A stretch of 64,000 nt of DNA from Squalus acanthias (lineage: Eukaryota). Positions 37,987 to 50,181 of the stretch are shown one piece after another. The DNA lies in contig CM059432.1 in NCBI GenBank assembly GCA_030390025.1, positions 126,854,001-126,918,000 of the forward strand. Direction: 5' to 3'. Made by a program: the position numbers and the translations under genes. Numbering within the stretch: position 1 is the stretch's first letter; every line of letters begins with the position of its first letter. The notes under the pieces were generated by a model. That model saw nothing but the letters and a program-made list of their open reading frames with translations. It did not search any database and was not told the DNA's origin.

Positions 37987-39928
37987 CTAATCACCCTTGT
38001 GCATTCCCTTCGTGCCTGTCTTCCGTGTGACTTTGCCTGTCCCACTGCTCCTACGAGGTGCTACCCCAGTGGCTGCAGCATGGCTGGTGGAAGGTTGCTG
38101 ACTTTCAGTGGGGGAGACTGCAGATGGCCTTGCAGGATGACCTCGAGCAGCTCTGGGCCTAGTAGGTCCGGTTTCAGACTGCACCATCTCAGCATGGGCG
38201 GCAGCAGTCCGGGCTGGCTGGCAGGCAACAGCAAGGGCACTGGCGGAGTGGTTGGGTGGGAGGAAGAATGCTGTCATCCTGAGAGAGGAGGGCAGGTTTG
38301 TGCTCCACGAAGCCACTGCCACTCCCCTGGGGCGGCGCCTCAGCAATCCTAGTAATCTGTTGGAGGACAGATTGCTGGACTGCTGTGACACCCTGCAAGC
38401 CCCTTTGAACACTGGTATCCAGAGCCATGATGGCAGCAGTCTGAGCTTCCACTGCAGTACTCAGACGCTGGGTGGCTGCTGCTTGTGTTGCAATGGAAGC
38501 TGAGACATCGGCCATCAGACGCTGCATCATGGATGGTTCCACAAGTGTGTTGATGGAGTTGGCCAGCCGTTCTATGCTGAAAAGGATGGGCTGCAAGCTC
38601 TGCGCAAAGCCCTGTGCCAAGTTGGTGCTGGACTCCTTCATGCTCCTTGACGTTGCATGCAGGCATTCTTGTAGACTTCCCAATGCACCAAGCCTTTCGC
38701 TGTGTACACCCATCAGCCTTCTTCTGTAGCCTGGCCCATCAAAGTCCTCATCAGAGTCCTCTGCAGCAGAACTAGTGTGCAACCTCGCCCTCTGGCTAGC
38801 TGGCACCTGCGCTCTCCTTTCACCCTGCCCTGGCTGCAGCGCACTTGTGCCCGGTGTCTCACTACGTGCAGATCCCGCCTCTAGGCTATCCTCTAAATTA
38901 TGCGCAGTGTCAGTATCTGAGCTGATGGCTGCGACTGTGAAATCGAATGATGATGTCCCTTCATTTTCACTATCTTCCTGCTCTTCCACCACTTCCTGGG
39001 CAGGTTGCAGTTCATGGGTATCTGAAATGAAAAAGGGACAAGGGTTGGATTGTGGTGAGAGGAGAGGAGAAAGTAAGAAGTGCATGCTTACACCATTTGC
39101 AGCTTGTAAGTCAGAAGAGAGTTAGGGATGAGGGTGAAGTGGGATGTGAGAAGGAGGATTAAGTATGAGGATACCATCAACTTCAATGGCTTCGGCCCCA
39201 CCAGTGGCCAAGGCCTCAGTCATGGCCCTTCTCACAAAGGCCAGCACCGTCTCCTCCATGGGGGTTAGAGCATGCAGGCGCGCTCGCCCCCTCCGGTTAG
39301 CATTGTTGCAAGGTTCACACCCACATCTCACAGCTTGCACACACTGCCAGCTATTCAACCATGACAGCCACATCAGTTTTTTGCTGCCTCCGGTTGTGCG
39401 CCACCTTCTCCTGCAAGAGAGAGGGAATTGTGTCAGTGAGGGTCGTGCAATATATTTGGGTGATGTGGCTGTCATGGTTGAATAGCTGGCAGTGTGTGCA
39501 AGCTGTGAGATGTGGGTGTGAACCTTGCAACAGTGCTAAGTGTGTGATGCTGAGATGAAGCATATAATGTTAGGTATGAGCCCTGATTGATAGAGATTGT
39601 TGGTAGGTGAGTGATGGGGGCGTGATGAATTGAGCAGTGGCTGAGGCTAGTGGTGCAGTTGGTAGGATATGAAGATACATTCACTGACCTTGACCACTCG
39701 TGTGAGGTCATTAAACTTCTTCCGGCACTGCATCCAGCTCCTTGGGGCTGCACTCCTGGCATTAACCTCCATGGCTGTCTGTTCCTACTGCCTTCTCATC
39801 ATGTGTCTGGAGGGCCTCCTGCTCCCCTGAGGATACAGAGCATCTCTCCTCCTTTCCACCTCCTCCACCAAGACCTCCAGTGCTGCATCTGAAAACCTGG
39901 GGGCCCGCTCTCTCCCATGGACAGCCAT
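37987..39928 (-). pseudogene. Harbinger Myb/SANT-like gene, 3 exons, disrupted
   Basis: MAVHGRERAPRFSDAALEVLV..RSWMQCRKKFNDL|gtcagt; middle exon ..LTPMEE; long third exon homologous to 23400-24386. Confidence 0.8.
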
Positions 39929-40956
39929 TCTTCTCTCTTTCCCAGGTCAGATTCAGTTACAGAACGACTCTGAGCACCTGCCGCAGTCACAATGCACCTC
40001 CCCTTTAAGTAGTGCAGGCTAGCTTTATGAAGTGCAAGTGACTAACGATATCGGGCCCCCTGCTGATGCAAGCTGCCAATGAAACGCTGGCTGCATGTGG
40101 AAAATCCAAGCCATGAATCCAAGTCTACTAATACCCCTAGATCTCTTAACTGCATCCTTAGTTATCCCAATGCCACTTTTCAGTACGTAAGTCGTCCATT
40201 TTTCTTTCCATGTGCAATACCTATCTGTTAAATTTCATTTGCCATTAGTCCACCCACTTACAAATTTTATTTGACTTAATTTGAAGGTCCTTGCTTGTTA
40301 CTTTAGATTCAACAGTCCCCCTCCTACAGTTTGGTACCGGCTGAGTATTTGAACTGTTTGTATTGAACTAAACCCCAGTCGTTAATGCACGTGACACAGA
40401 TGTTGTGGGTCGGCTATCATTAAACTCATTGTTAAAAGTACTTGTAGCACCGTAAGTTTGTATATTTTACAAACAATAAAAGGAATGTATTTCAAGGCAG
40501 TAACATCACAGGGTTCAGATAACATTACAGCTTGATTTTATACAGGTACTTTGTAAAAATCGCAGGCTGCTTAGTAATTGTAAAGCTCCTCTGTGATTGC
40601 TGACAGGCATTGTTCATTTGTAATATTTATGGAAATAGCAGCATCTTACATTTAGCAGGAGATAAATTGGTATCAAGCATTCATTTTACAGAAATGCTGT
40701 ATTGAACCATAGCATAGTTATCCTTTCATAACACTCAGGAATATTTTGTGCTCAAATAAGTAGCAGGAAATAATTTTATTTATTTGAGATTGTTGCATCT
40801 CTTCATTACTGTCTTAATTATTGATTATTAATTTTGGGAGAGTGAGCAGATCATAATGCAAAAAAAAGGAAATTGGTGGTAAAAGCATCCACGCCCTCAG
40901 CAGCTGAGGAGGGAAGGACACCAAAATTTGCCAGGCTTCCTTGAGGGAAGAACATT

Positions 40957-41678
40957 GGGCCAGAACTTGCGATGGGTTTGACGGCGTACTCTGAGAGTAC
41001 GCCGCCATACCGCCTTTGAAATGGACCGCAAGTCCGCGCATGCGCTAAATCCCAGACTTGCGATCTGTCAAGTTCCGACGGGGAAATCCTAATTGCTGGC
41101 TGGCGCAGAGGTGGGCTAATTGCCCACCAACTGCCCAGCAATTACATACGAAAATGTTACGGCTGGTGCAAACAGGCGCAGGGCCTTTTTGCACAGCGTA
41201 AGGGGATACCTCCTGACAAATCCAAGTAATTTTAAAAGCTATCTGAGGCCGGACATGGAAGCATTTTAGGATTTTGTCCATGAAATGTATTTATTGTCAA
41301 TTAAAAGGTCGGAGGAAGCGGTTGCTACATTGAGGGTTTTACTTATTTTTTTTTGCATCTATGTGGAGCATAAACTGAAAAAAACATTCAGAAAGTGGAG
41401 GAAAGGGGGAAAAAAACCCTCATTGCTAGAGCCTTCTGGGATTTGATGTGCACAAACATCTATGTTATAAATAATGAGAGACCTTCTGTTTGCTGATTGG
41501 AGCACCGGCCCAGGGTCGCCTCAGCACACAGTGCGCCCCTGGAATCCGTGGGCCACTACGCTGCCCTCTACCATGCAGCGGCCGCCAGCAAGTTCCCCTC
41601 AGATAAATGTGCATTCCATTCGGATGCCGGCGGTGTAATCCGTAGTTACCTTTTTGCACAGACCATAAAATCCAGGCC
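40957..41678. mobile_element. Harbinger-type MITE
   Basis: TIR GGGCCAGAACTT / AAAATCCAGGCC; flanks ATT/AAT; shares GCGCATGCGC..CGATCTGTCA with 4418 and 19398. Confidence 0.65.
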
Positions 41679-42354
41679 AATAATTATAAGCCCACAGCCA
41701 GTTGATGAATGTAAGTTTTTTTGTATATAAGATGGCAATGGAGTTGAGAGAGAGAGACATCAGAGACTCTCTCCACAGAGCCACCTGGTGCATAGAGCCT
41801 ACAACTACATCATGACCGTGACGTCGCAAAATTGATGATTGGGAAATGTTGACGTTGCAATTTACTGTAGTACAACAGAAAAACAACAAAAACTGTAACA
41901 GCAGGAAATGAGGTTCAAGGACAGGATGTGCATCCCCCACACAGGATTTTAAATAATATGCCACTCAATCTATTGTGGCGGAGCACGTGAAAAGTCAAGA
42001 CCAATTGTCATCTTCAGGTGAAGCGGGGTTAGAGGGCAGGTGTTAATTGGACCAATATGTGCAGACTTAATTCAGTCCCCATTTTAAAGCTATGCATTCT
42101 TTCCTTATTTTAATATTTCCATGACAAATTCTTATGTCTAAATTTATAATCGAAACTGCCGATGTAAACTTGCCACTCCCGCTAGTGGTGGCACTGCAGA
42201 TGGGTATTTTTATGTCATACCATGTGGCACAGTTATATTTGCATGTGTGACATCTGATATTTGACAAATCTGTCTCAAAACATTTATTTATAATTCAAGT
42301 CGACCTTCCATGGGACTGCTCATGGTGAGTAGCAAGTATCTTTTTCTTCAATAG

Positions 42355-43373
42355 CAAAATATTGCGGATGCTGGAAATCCGAAATAACAACAGAAAACGC
42401 TGGAAAAACTCAGCAGGCCAGGCAGCATCCGTGGAGAGAGAAACAGAGTTAACGTTTCAGGTCGAAGACCTTTCGTCTTTTTCTTACCCGTCTCTGTCAT
42501 CATGTTGCTGTTTCTCTCTCTCTTTATTTCCTGATTTCAGTAGTTCTCTCATTCTCTCCTTTACTCGTGCTGTTGCTCATTTTGTGGTTCTCTCTCTCTG
42601 CTCTGTTTTGCTTCTCTCTCTTAGTTCTTCTGTTTATGCTGGCCTCTCTCTTTTTCTCTTCTCTTCTGCTTACCTCTTTTCTTCTCTATATCTCTTTCTC
42701 TTTTCTCTCTGTACTCTTCTACTTCTCTCTGTCTCTTGTTCTCTCAATTCGGTTGGGAGATGGAAGGTGGCTAGTGGGGGAGTGATCTAACCAGCACCAT
42801 AGGCCAGCGGGATGTGGCAAGTGCCAAGTTGTCTGTGGAGCAATGATCCAGCCAAGGCCTCAGGCCAGCTTTCAGGTTGCTGGTGGGTGGAGAGATCCAA
42901 CCAGGGCCACAGGCTGGCATCTGGGAGTGGCAGGAATCGCAGACAGGGCTGCAGGGTGGGGCAAGTGATCTGGCCAGAGCCACAGACTGGGATCAGAGAG
43001 AGGAAGAAAAGCGGGTGTTGCTGTGTAACTTGGCGCCACATTACCAATTCAGGAGGACAGAAAGGTAACTACAATGGTAAACATACAAACCTTACAGCCT
43101 AACACGAACACTCACATATGATACTTACCCATGATAGGCAGGGGTAACGCTCAGATGTGATAGAATTAGCATGACAGGTAATCATAACATAAGAAGTATG
43201 TGTGATAAAAACAGGAAGACTCAAAACTTTTATTACAGAAATTGAAATTAATGACAGAATTATTTCATTTCAGTTCTGACGAAAGGTCATCGAGCTGAAA
43301 CGTTAACTCTGTTTCTCTCTCCACAGATGCTGCCTGACCTGCTGAGTGTTTCTAGCATGTTCTGTTTTTATTT
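42355..43373. mobile_element. Pair of inverted PLE-terminus arms (about 42355-42472 and 43272-43373) around ~800 bp of other sequence
   Basis: Arms match those of 17582-17824; hammerhead-like CTGACGA..GAAACGTT at 43276; no convincing TSD. Confidence 0.6.
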
Positions 43374-43401
43374 TCATTATTTGATTTGATTGATACTCTA
43401 T

Positions 43402-43527
43402 GGGGTTAATTTTAACTTTTGGTGATAGTGTAAAACGTACAATAGCGACTGGAAAGGAAAATCGGGAGAGGTGTACAGCGGATGGCCAATCCGATATGCA
43501 CTATTGTGAAAAGTTAAAATTACCCCC
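43402..43527. mobile_element. Small palindromic MITE
   Basis: 18-bp TIR GGGGTTAATTTTAACTTT / AAAGTTAAAATTACCCCC. Confidence 0.6.
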
Positions 43528-43891
43528 AGTACTCTGGCTACATAATCTAACATTCTGTTGGCATCTAAAACTGCTATTTCATATTGTAGAGACACTTTTC
43601 CTGTTCTGTCTTCTGCTGTATTAGACTCGTCATTGTGTGGTGTTATTTGATTTTCTTTTAGCACCAATACCCATTACCTTATGTTTATCAATACTGAATG
43701 CCAATTATGCTCCTTGGTGATAATTCTCCCCAAACCCGTTTGAATAACGGCTGACTCAGTTACACACTTTTCCTACCACACAATTTGTACCTTCAGCAGA
43801 CACTATTCTGCTTGAAATACTTTTGTCAAGGTCACTTATATGAAGATTATTAACAGTACAAACCCTAGCACTTGGGATCTCCCCAGTCATT

Positions 43892-45316
43892 GGGCACGAT
43901 TTTCCCAATGGAGGCGGGTTGGAGGCGGGTTTGGGTTTGGGTGGGTTCCAAACCCATCTCCACTGAGAGGTGGGAAAAATTTGCGAATTGGCCAGTTGAT
44001 TTCAGAGGTGTGGGTTCCCCTGGGCCAATTAGTGTTTTGGGACTGAAACTCGTCTCTACTGACGTCACTTATCCAGCTTCATTTAAGGGCTGCTTGCTGC
44101 CTTGGCTCATTCCATTGGTTTTTGGTCAATGCTGCACCACCTCCAAGCTGTTATCTCCTTGAAGAATGGCCAGCTCTAAGACAAGGGCCTCCCCGAGGTT
44201 CTCGGATGAGGCGCTGGGTATGCTGGTTGAGGGGGGCGAGAGCCAGCAGGAGGTGCTCTTCCCCTCATTTGGGAGGAAGAGGCCTCCCAAAGAAACCAAG
44301 GCTGTGTGGGTCCAGCTGGCAAGGGATATAACCTCCAGACCTGTGTGCAGATTGGGTGATTGTTTCTGTTTATTGATGAAATGCCATCCCTGTGGGAATG
44401 TATTAAAATTAGGTGATGGCAAACTGTTGGCGTGATGGCATCTGTTATTTCAGCTTAGGCAGCTCCATATTGCGGGCTCCGTGATACTTGCGTGGTCAGG
44501 TTGGTGGTCAGAGTGAAAGGAGGCCAGAGAGTCATGTCCATTGTCTATCATGTGTTAAGAAGGAGCCAAGCACATGTGCCACAATGGGCAACCTACGCAA
44601 ATCTGGCCAGGATGAGTGCATTCCTTGCACGACGTGCTTCCATGCGCTGGCGCCTTCTGCCCTGTGCAGCATCAGGTGGATGAGCAGAAGGTTGGGGCTC
44701 CTGCTGCTGAGCTGCCTGGTTCTGCGCTGCCGTGGCTGCTCCTCATCCGAATCTGAGGTCCATGGTGAAAGGAAATGAATGGTTCCCATGCTGCTGGCAG
44801 ATACCTCCGTTGGGGAAGCGCTCAGTCCAAGCGGGGAGAGGGTCTTCCAAGGAGGTCCCACAGTTGAGAGATAGAAGCTGCAGCACCTCCGACTTTGGTA
44901 GGCCTGCTAAAAGTGCTGAAAGACCTTTGGAACAAAAGTTCTGCCACCTGCAACTGCTCCCTGATGAAAGCTCTGTTTTAATGGTGGAGCTGCAGCTGTG
45001 AGGAGGCCACCCACTTGTCAACCCGCCAGGATTAGCTGGCGTGGTTTAGGAGGGTCGTGCAACATGCTGAAAATGTGGTAAAATAACGAAGGCCTGTCAA
45101 AATAGGATTATAGAGGCCCTTAACTACTATTTAAGGGTCTTAACTACCTCTCCCGACTAATGGAGGTGGGACCGAATCGCACCCATCAAACCCGCCTCCG
45201 GCAAAATTGCACGGAGGCGGGTTGGAGGCGGGTTCCGAACCCGCCCTCAGTTTTTGCCATTTTGCCAACTGGCCCGCCTCCAAACCCGCCTCCTCGGGGC
45301 TGGGAAAATCGCCCCC
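43892..45316. mobile_element. Non-autonomous Harbinger, internally deleted
   Basis: TIR GGGCACGATTTTCCC / GGGAAAATCGCCCCC; flanks ATT/ATG; Myb N-terminus (+, 44166) and collapsed transposase remnant (-, ~44570-44790). Confidence 0.8.
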
Positions 45317-45610
45317 ATGGTTTCCCAACTTCAACAATGTCTACTTCCATTTTGATTCTATGTAATTCGGCGTCATACTTTTTAAAGGCAAATCATGTTT
45401 GACTAACTTGATTGAGTTCTTTGATGAAGTAACGGAGATGATTAATGGGGGTAGTACAGTTGATGTTGTTTATATGGACTTTCAAAATGCGTTTGGCAAA
45501 GTACCACATAATAGGTTTGATAGCAAAATTAAAGCCCATGGGATTAAAGAGACAGTGGCAGCATGGATACAAAATTGGCTAAGGGACAGAAAGCAGGGAG
45601 TAGTGGTGGA

Positions 45611-45745
45611 CAATGTTCCCGCTAAGCTGAAGATCTCGCAAAGCCCGGGACCGGCTTTTCAAATGGGAGATTTGCGCATGTGTGAAATTTTGAATGGACC
45701 CCATTAAAGGGACCGCGCACCCAAAAAAAGTTAGGGGGAACATTG
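45611..45745. mobile_element. hAT-type MITE
   Basis: Perfect TIR CAATGTTCCC / GGGAACATTG; 8-bp flanks GTGGTGGA/CTGGTGAA; interrupts CR1. Confidence 0.8.
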
Positions 45746-46264
45746 CTGGTGAACGATTGTTTTTCAGACTGAAGGGAGGTATACAGTGGCGTCCCCAGGG
45801 GTTGGTATTAGGACCATTGCTGTTTTTGATATATATTAATAACATGGACTTGGGTATACAGGGCATAATTTCAAAGTTTGCAGATGACACGAAACAGTGA
45901 GGAGGATAGTAACAGACTTCAGGAGGACATAGACAGACTGGTGAAATGGGCAGACACATGGCAGATGAAATTTAATGCAGAGAAGTGTGAAGTGATACAT
46001 TTTGGTAGGAAGAATGAGAAGAGGCAATATGAAGTAAATGGTACAATTTTAAAGGAGGTGCAGGAACAGGGAGACCTGGGGGTGTATGCACACAAATCTT
46101 TGAAGGTGGCAGGACAGGTTGAGAAGGTTGTTAAAAAAAAGCATATGGGATCCTTGGCTTTATTAATAAAGGTCATGATGTGGAGATGCTGGCGTTGGAC
46201 TGGGGTGGACAAAAATGAGAAGTCGCACAACACCAGGTTATAGTCCAACAGATTTATTTAATTT

Positions 46265-46301
46265 TACAAGCTTTCGGAGCTGTTCGCTCCTTCTTCAGGT
46301 A
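46265..46301 (-). ncRNA. Minimal hammerhead motif (left PLE arm)
   Basis: Reverse complement of 48954-48990. Confidence 0.6.
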
Positions 46302-46962
46302 GGGTAGCTGTGAGAGAATCTCCCAGAATTCACAATATAAACACAGAAAAAATCTATTCAAATCTTTCCCTACATCAAAGACACACTAAGAGCACAGCCA
46401 AGACAATGAGATGTGTCCCAGGGGGTCCAACGTGTCAAAACACCTGCTGGCTGCATATCCTCTCCATTTGTGTTAGTCTTTTTAAAACAAAACCTGGAAA
46501 GACCGGCCATGATGTCAAGTCACGTTCTGTATCGTGACATGAACCCGATATCGCGATTGAGGCCATCCTCATGAGTGCGGAACTTGGCTATCAGTTTCTG
46601 CTCTATGATTTTGCGTTGTCGTGTATCCCGAAGGCCGCCTTGGAGAACGCTTACCCGCAGATCCGAGGCTGAATGCCCCTGACTGCTGAAGTGTTCCCCG
46701 ACTGGGAGGCAACCCTCCTGCCTGGCGATTGTTGCGCGGTGTCCGTTCATACGTTGTCTCAGTGTCTGCATGGTCTCGCCGATGTACCATGCTCTGGAGC
46801 ATCCTTTACTGCAACGTATCAGGTAGACAACGTTGGCCGAGTCACATGAGTATGTACCATGTACCTGGTGGGTAGTGTCCTCACGTGTGATGATGGTATC
46901 TGTGTCCATGATTTGGCATGTCTTGCAGAGGTTGCCGTGGCAGGGTTGTGTGGTGTCATGGC

Positions 46963-48735
46963 ATACAGAACAGAATGGACTATTGCAAAGAAGCATACCG
47001 ACAACTGGACAACCAGGAACACTACAGACAGCTACCCGCAGATCCGACCAAAGAACACACCCGCCAACTCAATAGACTGATCAAGACCTTCGATCCAGAC
47101 CTTCAAAACATCCTACGCGCTCTCATCCCACGTACTCCCCGCGTAGGAGACTTTTACTGCCTCCCAAAGATACACAAAGCCAACACACCTGGACGTCCTA
47201 TCGTATCAGGCAACGGAACCCTGTGTGAGAACCTCTCTGGGTACGTCGAGGGCATCCTAAAACCCATCGTACAGGGAACCCCCAGCTTCTGTCGCGACAC
47301 TACAGACTTCTTGCAGAAACTCAGCACCCATGGACCAGTTGAACCAGGAACACTCCTCGTCACGATGGACGTATCGGCACTCTACACCAATATCCCCCAC
47401 AATGACGGCATCGCTGCAACAGCCTCAGTACTCAACACCAACAACAGCCAATCTCCAGACGCCATCCTACAACTCATCCGCTTCATCCTTGACCACAATG
47501 TCTTCACCTTCGACAACCATTTTTTTACCCAAACACACGGAACAGCCATGGGGACCAAATTCGCACCCCAATACGCCAACATCTTCATGCACAAGTTCGA
47601 GCAAGACTTCTTCGCTGCACAGGACCTCCAACCAACGCTGTACACCAGATACATCGACGACATCTTCTTCCTTTGGATCCACGGTGAAGGATCACTGAAA
47701 GGACTACACGATAGCATCAACAGGTTCCATCCCACCATCAAACTCACCATGGACTACTCCTCAGAATCGGTTTCATTCTTGGACACACGAATCTCCATCA
47801 AAGACGGACGCCTCAGCACTTCACTCTACCGCAAGCCCACGGACAACCTCACGATGCTCCACTTCTCCAGCTTCCACCCTAACCACGTTAAAGAAGCCAT
47901 CCCCTATGGACAAGCCCTGCGAATACACAGGATCTGCTCAGACGAGGAGGAACGCGATGGACACCTACGGACACTGAAAGACGTCCTCGTAAGAACGGGA
48001 TATGACGCTCGACTCGTCGATCGACAGTTCCGACGGGCCACAGCGAAAAACCGCATAGACCTCCTCAGAAGACGAACACGGGACACAACCAACAGAGTAC
48101 CCTACATCGTCCAGTACTTCCCCGGAGCGGAAAAACTACGCCATGTTCTTCGCAGCCTTCAACATGTCATCGATGACGACGAACACCTTGCTAAGGCCAT
48201 CCCCACGCCTCCACTACTCGCCTTCAAGCAGTCGCCTAACCTCAAAAGTACCATCGTTCGCAGCAGATTACCCATCTTTCAGGAGAACAGCAACCACGAC
48301 ACCACACAACCCTGCCACGGCAACCTCTGCAAGACATGCCAAATCATGGACACAGATACCATCATCACACGTGAGGACACTACCCACCAGGTACATGGTA
48401 CATACTCATGTGACTCGGCCAACGTTGTCTACCTGATACGTTGCAGTAAAGGATGCTCCAGAGCATGGTACATCGGCGAGACCATGCAGACACTGAGACA
48501 ACGTATGAACGGACACCGCGCAACAATCGCCAGGCAGGAGGGTTGCCTCCCAGTCGGGGAACACTTCAGCAGTCAGGGGCATTCAGCCTCGGATCTGCGG
48601 GTAAGCGTTCTCCAAGGCGGCCTTCGGGATACACGACAACGCAAAATCATAGAGCAGAAACTGATAGCCAAGTTCCGCACTCATGAGGATGGCCTCAATC
48701 GCGATATCGGGTTTATGTCACGATACAGAACGTGA
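46963..48735 (+). CDS. PLE reverse transcriptase + GIY-YIG endonuclease, open frame but 5'-truncated
   Basis: YCLPKIHK, GRPIVS, MDVSALYT, GTAMG, RYIDD, FLD, LYRKPT, C..C..C motif, VVY..C..C..YIG; no stops over ~590 codons. Confidence 0.92.
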   Translation: MQNRMDYCKEAYRQLDNQEHYRQLPADPTKEHTRQLNRLIKTFDPDLQNILRALIPRTPRVGDFYCLPKIHKANTPGRPIVSGNGTLCENLSGYVEGILKPIVQGTPSFCRDTTDFLQKLSTHGPVEPGTLLVTMDVSALYTNIPHNDGIAATASVLNTNNSQSPDAILQLIRFILDHNVFTFDNHFFTQTHGTAMGTKFAPQYANIFMHKFEQDFFAAQDLQPTLYTRYIDDIFFLWIHGEGSLKGLHDSINRFHPTIKLTMDYSSESVSFLDTRISIKDGRLSTSLYRKPTDNLTMLHFSSFHPNHVKEAIPYGQALRIHRICSDEEERDGHLRTLKDVLVRTGYDARLVDRQFRRATAKNRIDLLRRRTRDTTNRVPYIVQYFPGAEKLRHVLRSLQHVIDDDEHLAKAIPTPPLLAFKQSPNLKSTIVRSRLPIFQENSNHDTTQPCHGNLCKTCQIMDTDTIITREDTTHQVHGTYSCDSANVVYLIRCSKGCSRAWYIGETMQTLRQRMNGHRATIARQEGCLPVGEHFSSQGHSASDLRVSVLQGGLRDTRQRKIIEQKLIAKFRTHEDGLNRDIGFMSRYRT

Positions 48736-48953
48736 CTTGACATCATGGCCGGTCTTTCCAGGTTTTGTTTTAAAAAGACTAACACAAATGGAGAGGATAT
48801 GCAGCCAGCAGGTGTTTTGACACGTTGGACCCCCTGGGACACATCTCATTGTCTTGGCTGTGCTCTTAGTGTGTCTTTGATGTAGGGAAAGATTTGAATA
48901 GATTTTTTCTGTGTTTATATTGTGAATTCTGGGAGATTCTCTCACAGCTACCC

Positions 48954-48990
48954 TACCTGAAGAAGGAGCGAACAGCTCCGAAAGCTTGTA
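48954..48990 (+). ncRNA. Minimal hammerhead motif (right PLE arm)
   Basis: TAC-CTGAAGA-A-GGAGC-gaaca-GCTCC-GAAA-GC-TT-GTA, followed by AATAAA. Confidence 0.6.
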
Positions 48991-49392
48991 AAATTAAATA
49001 AATCTGTTGGACTATAACCTGGTGTTGTGCGACTTCTCATTTTTATTAATAAAGGAATAGAGAACGAAAGCAAGCAAATGATGCTAAACCTTCATAAAAC
49101 ACTGGTTATGCCTCAGCTGGAGTATTGTGGTCAATTCTGGGCACCACACTTTAGGAAGGATGTCAAGGCCTTGGAGAGAGTGCAGAGGAGATTTACCAGA
49201 ATGGCACCAAGGATGAGAGACTTCAGTTATTTGGAGAGATTGGAGAAGCTGGGGTTGTTCTCCTTAGAGCAGACGAGGTTAAGATGAGATCTAATAGTGA
49301 TGTTCAAAATCATGAAGGGTTTTGATAGACTAAGTAAGGAGAAACTGTTTCCAGTGGCAGAAGGTTCGGTAACCAGAAGACACAGATTTTAT

Positions 49393-50181
49393 GGCCTGGA
49401 ATTTGCGGTGGGTAATAACGGCGAACGAACAGCATTCCCGATTATTACACCTTTGAAACTGACAGTAACTCCAGGATGTAGCGCATGCGCATCCTAACAT
49501 GGAAAGCCTGAAGTTGCGGTCAGTCATTCACTGCTCCGACACTGGCTGCTCTGTGGCCCCCACCCCCCCCCAATAGCCGGCAATCAATGTAATCAGTGAA
49601 ATCATGAAACTGTCGCTAACTTGGGCTTTTCAGCGGTAATATCGCTGTTAAATACCCCATTAAATGTTAGGCCCTTTTGGATTAGGTATAACTTGGGTTT
49701 TAACAGCGTATTGTCTGCTAAACAAAAGTTATGGCCCTGGAAAACTAATTTTAATTTTGTGGAGTGTCAAATTTATCCATTTTAATAAAAAATTATTTTT
49801 TTAAGAAACTTTAAAAACATTTTTAAAACATTTTTTAAGCAAGTTTGTTCATCTTAATTTCAGGTTTTCCTTTTCCCCATGTGAGAGCCCCAATCTTTGT
49901 TTTGCTCTCTCTTAACATTTAAAAAAAGTTAGAATCAAAGGAGCTTACTCACTTCCTGGTTCGCTGTCTGTGAGAATTCTGCATCTTGATTGGCTGCTAA
50001 GATAGCTTGTTAACATCACAACAGCTCGCGTTAGGGATTCCCCATTAATTTGCGTTGATTTCAATTGCATGTCGGAAAAGCCGAACTTCTCACCACAGAG
50101 TTCGGGAGATCTTTGTGGGAAGCTTACTTCGGGGCTAGCGGTGAACGCCTTTTCTTCACCACTGACAGCAAATTACAGGCC
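49393..50181. mobile_element. Harbinger-type MITE
   Basis: TIR GGCCTGGAATTTGC / GCAAATTACAGGCC; homolog of 6141-6829; interrupts CR1. Confidence 0.8.

Larger units (their letters stand above)
35501..40100. mobile_element. Harbinger/PIF transposon, two-gene type, right end missing
   Basis: Probable left TIR GGGGGCGAAATTGG; transposase (+) and Myb/SANT (-) convergent; homologous to 22383-26267 in the opposite orientation; boundaries approximate. Confidence 0.8.
46173..49041. mobile_element. Young Penelope-like retroelement with an inverted duplicated 3' arm
   Basis: 14-bp TSD TTTATTAATAAAGG (46159-46172 and 49042-49055); 46210-46961 is the near-perfect reverse complement of ~48294-49044. Confidence 0.93.

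Noticed and set aside
42362..42790. Hydrophobic 142-aa ORF
   Set aside because: Translation of a CT-rich low-complexity tract.
46918..46962. N-terminus of the 605-aa ORF as a full-length PLE protein
   Set aside because: The first ~15 codons come from the inverted arm; the real ORF is 5'-truncated.
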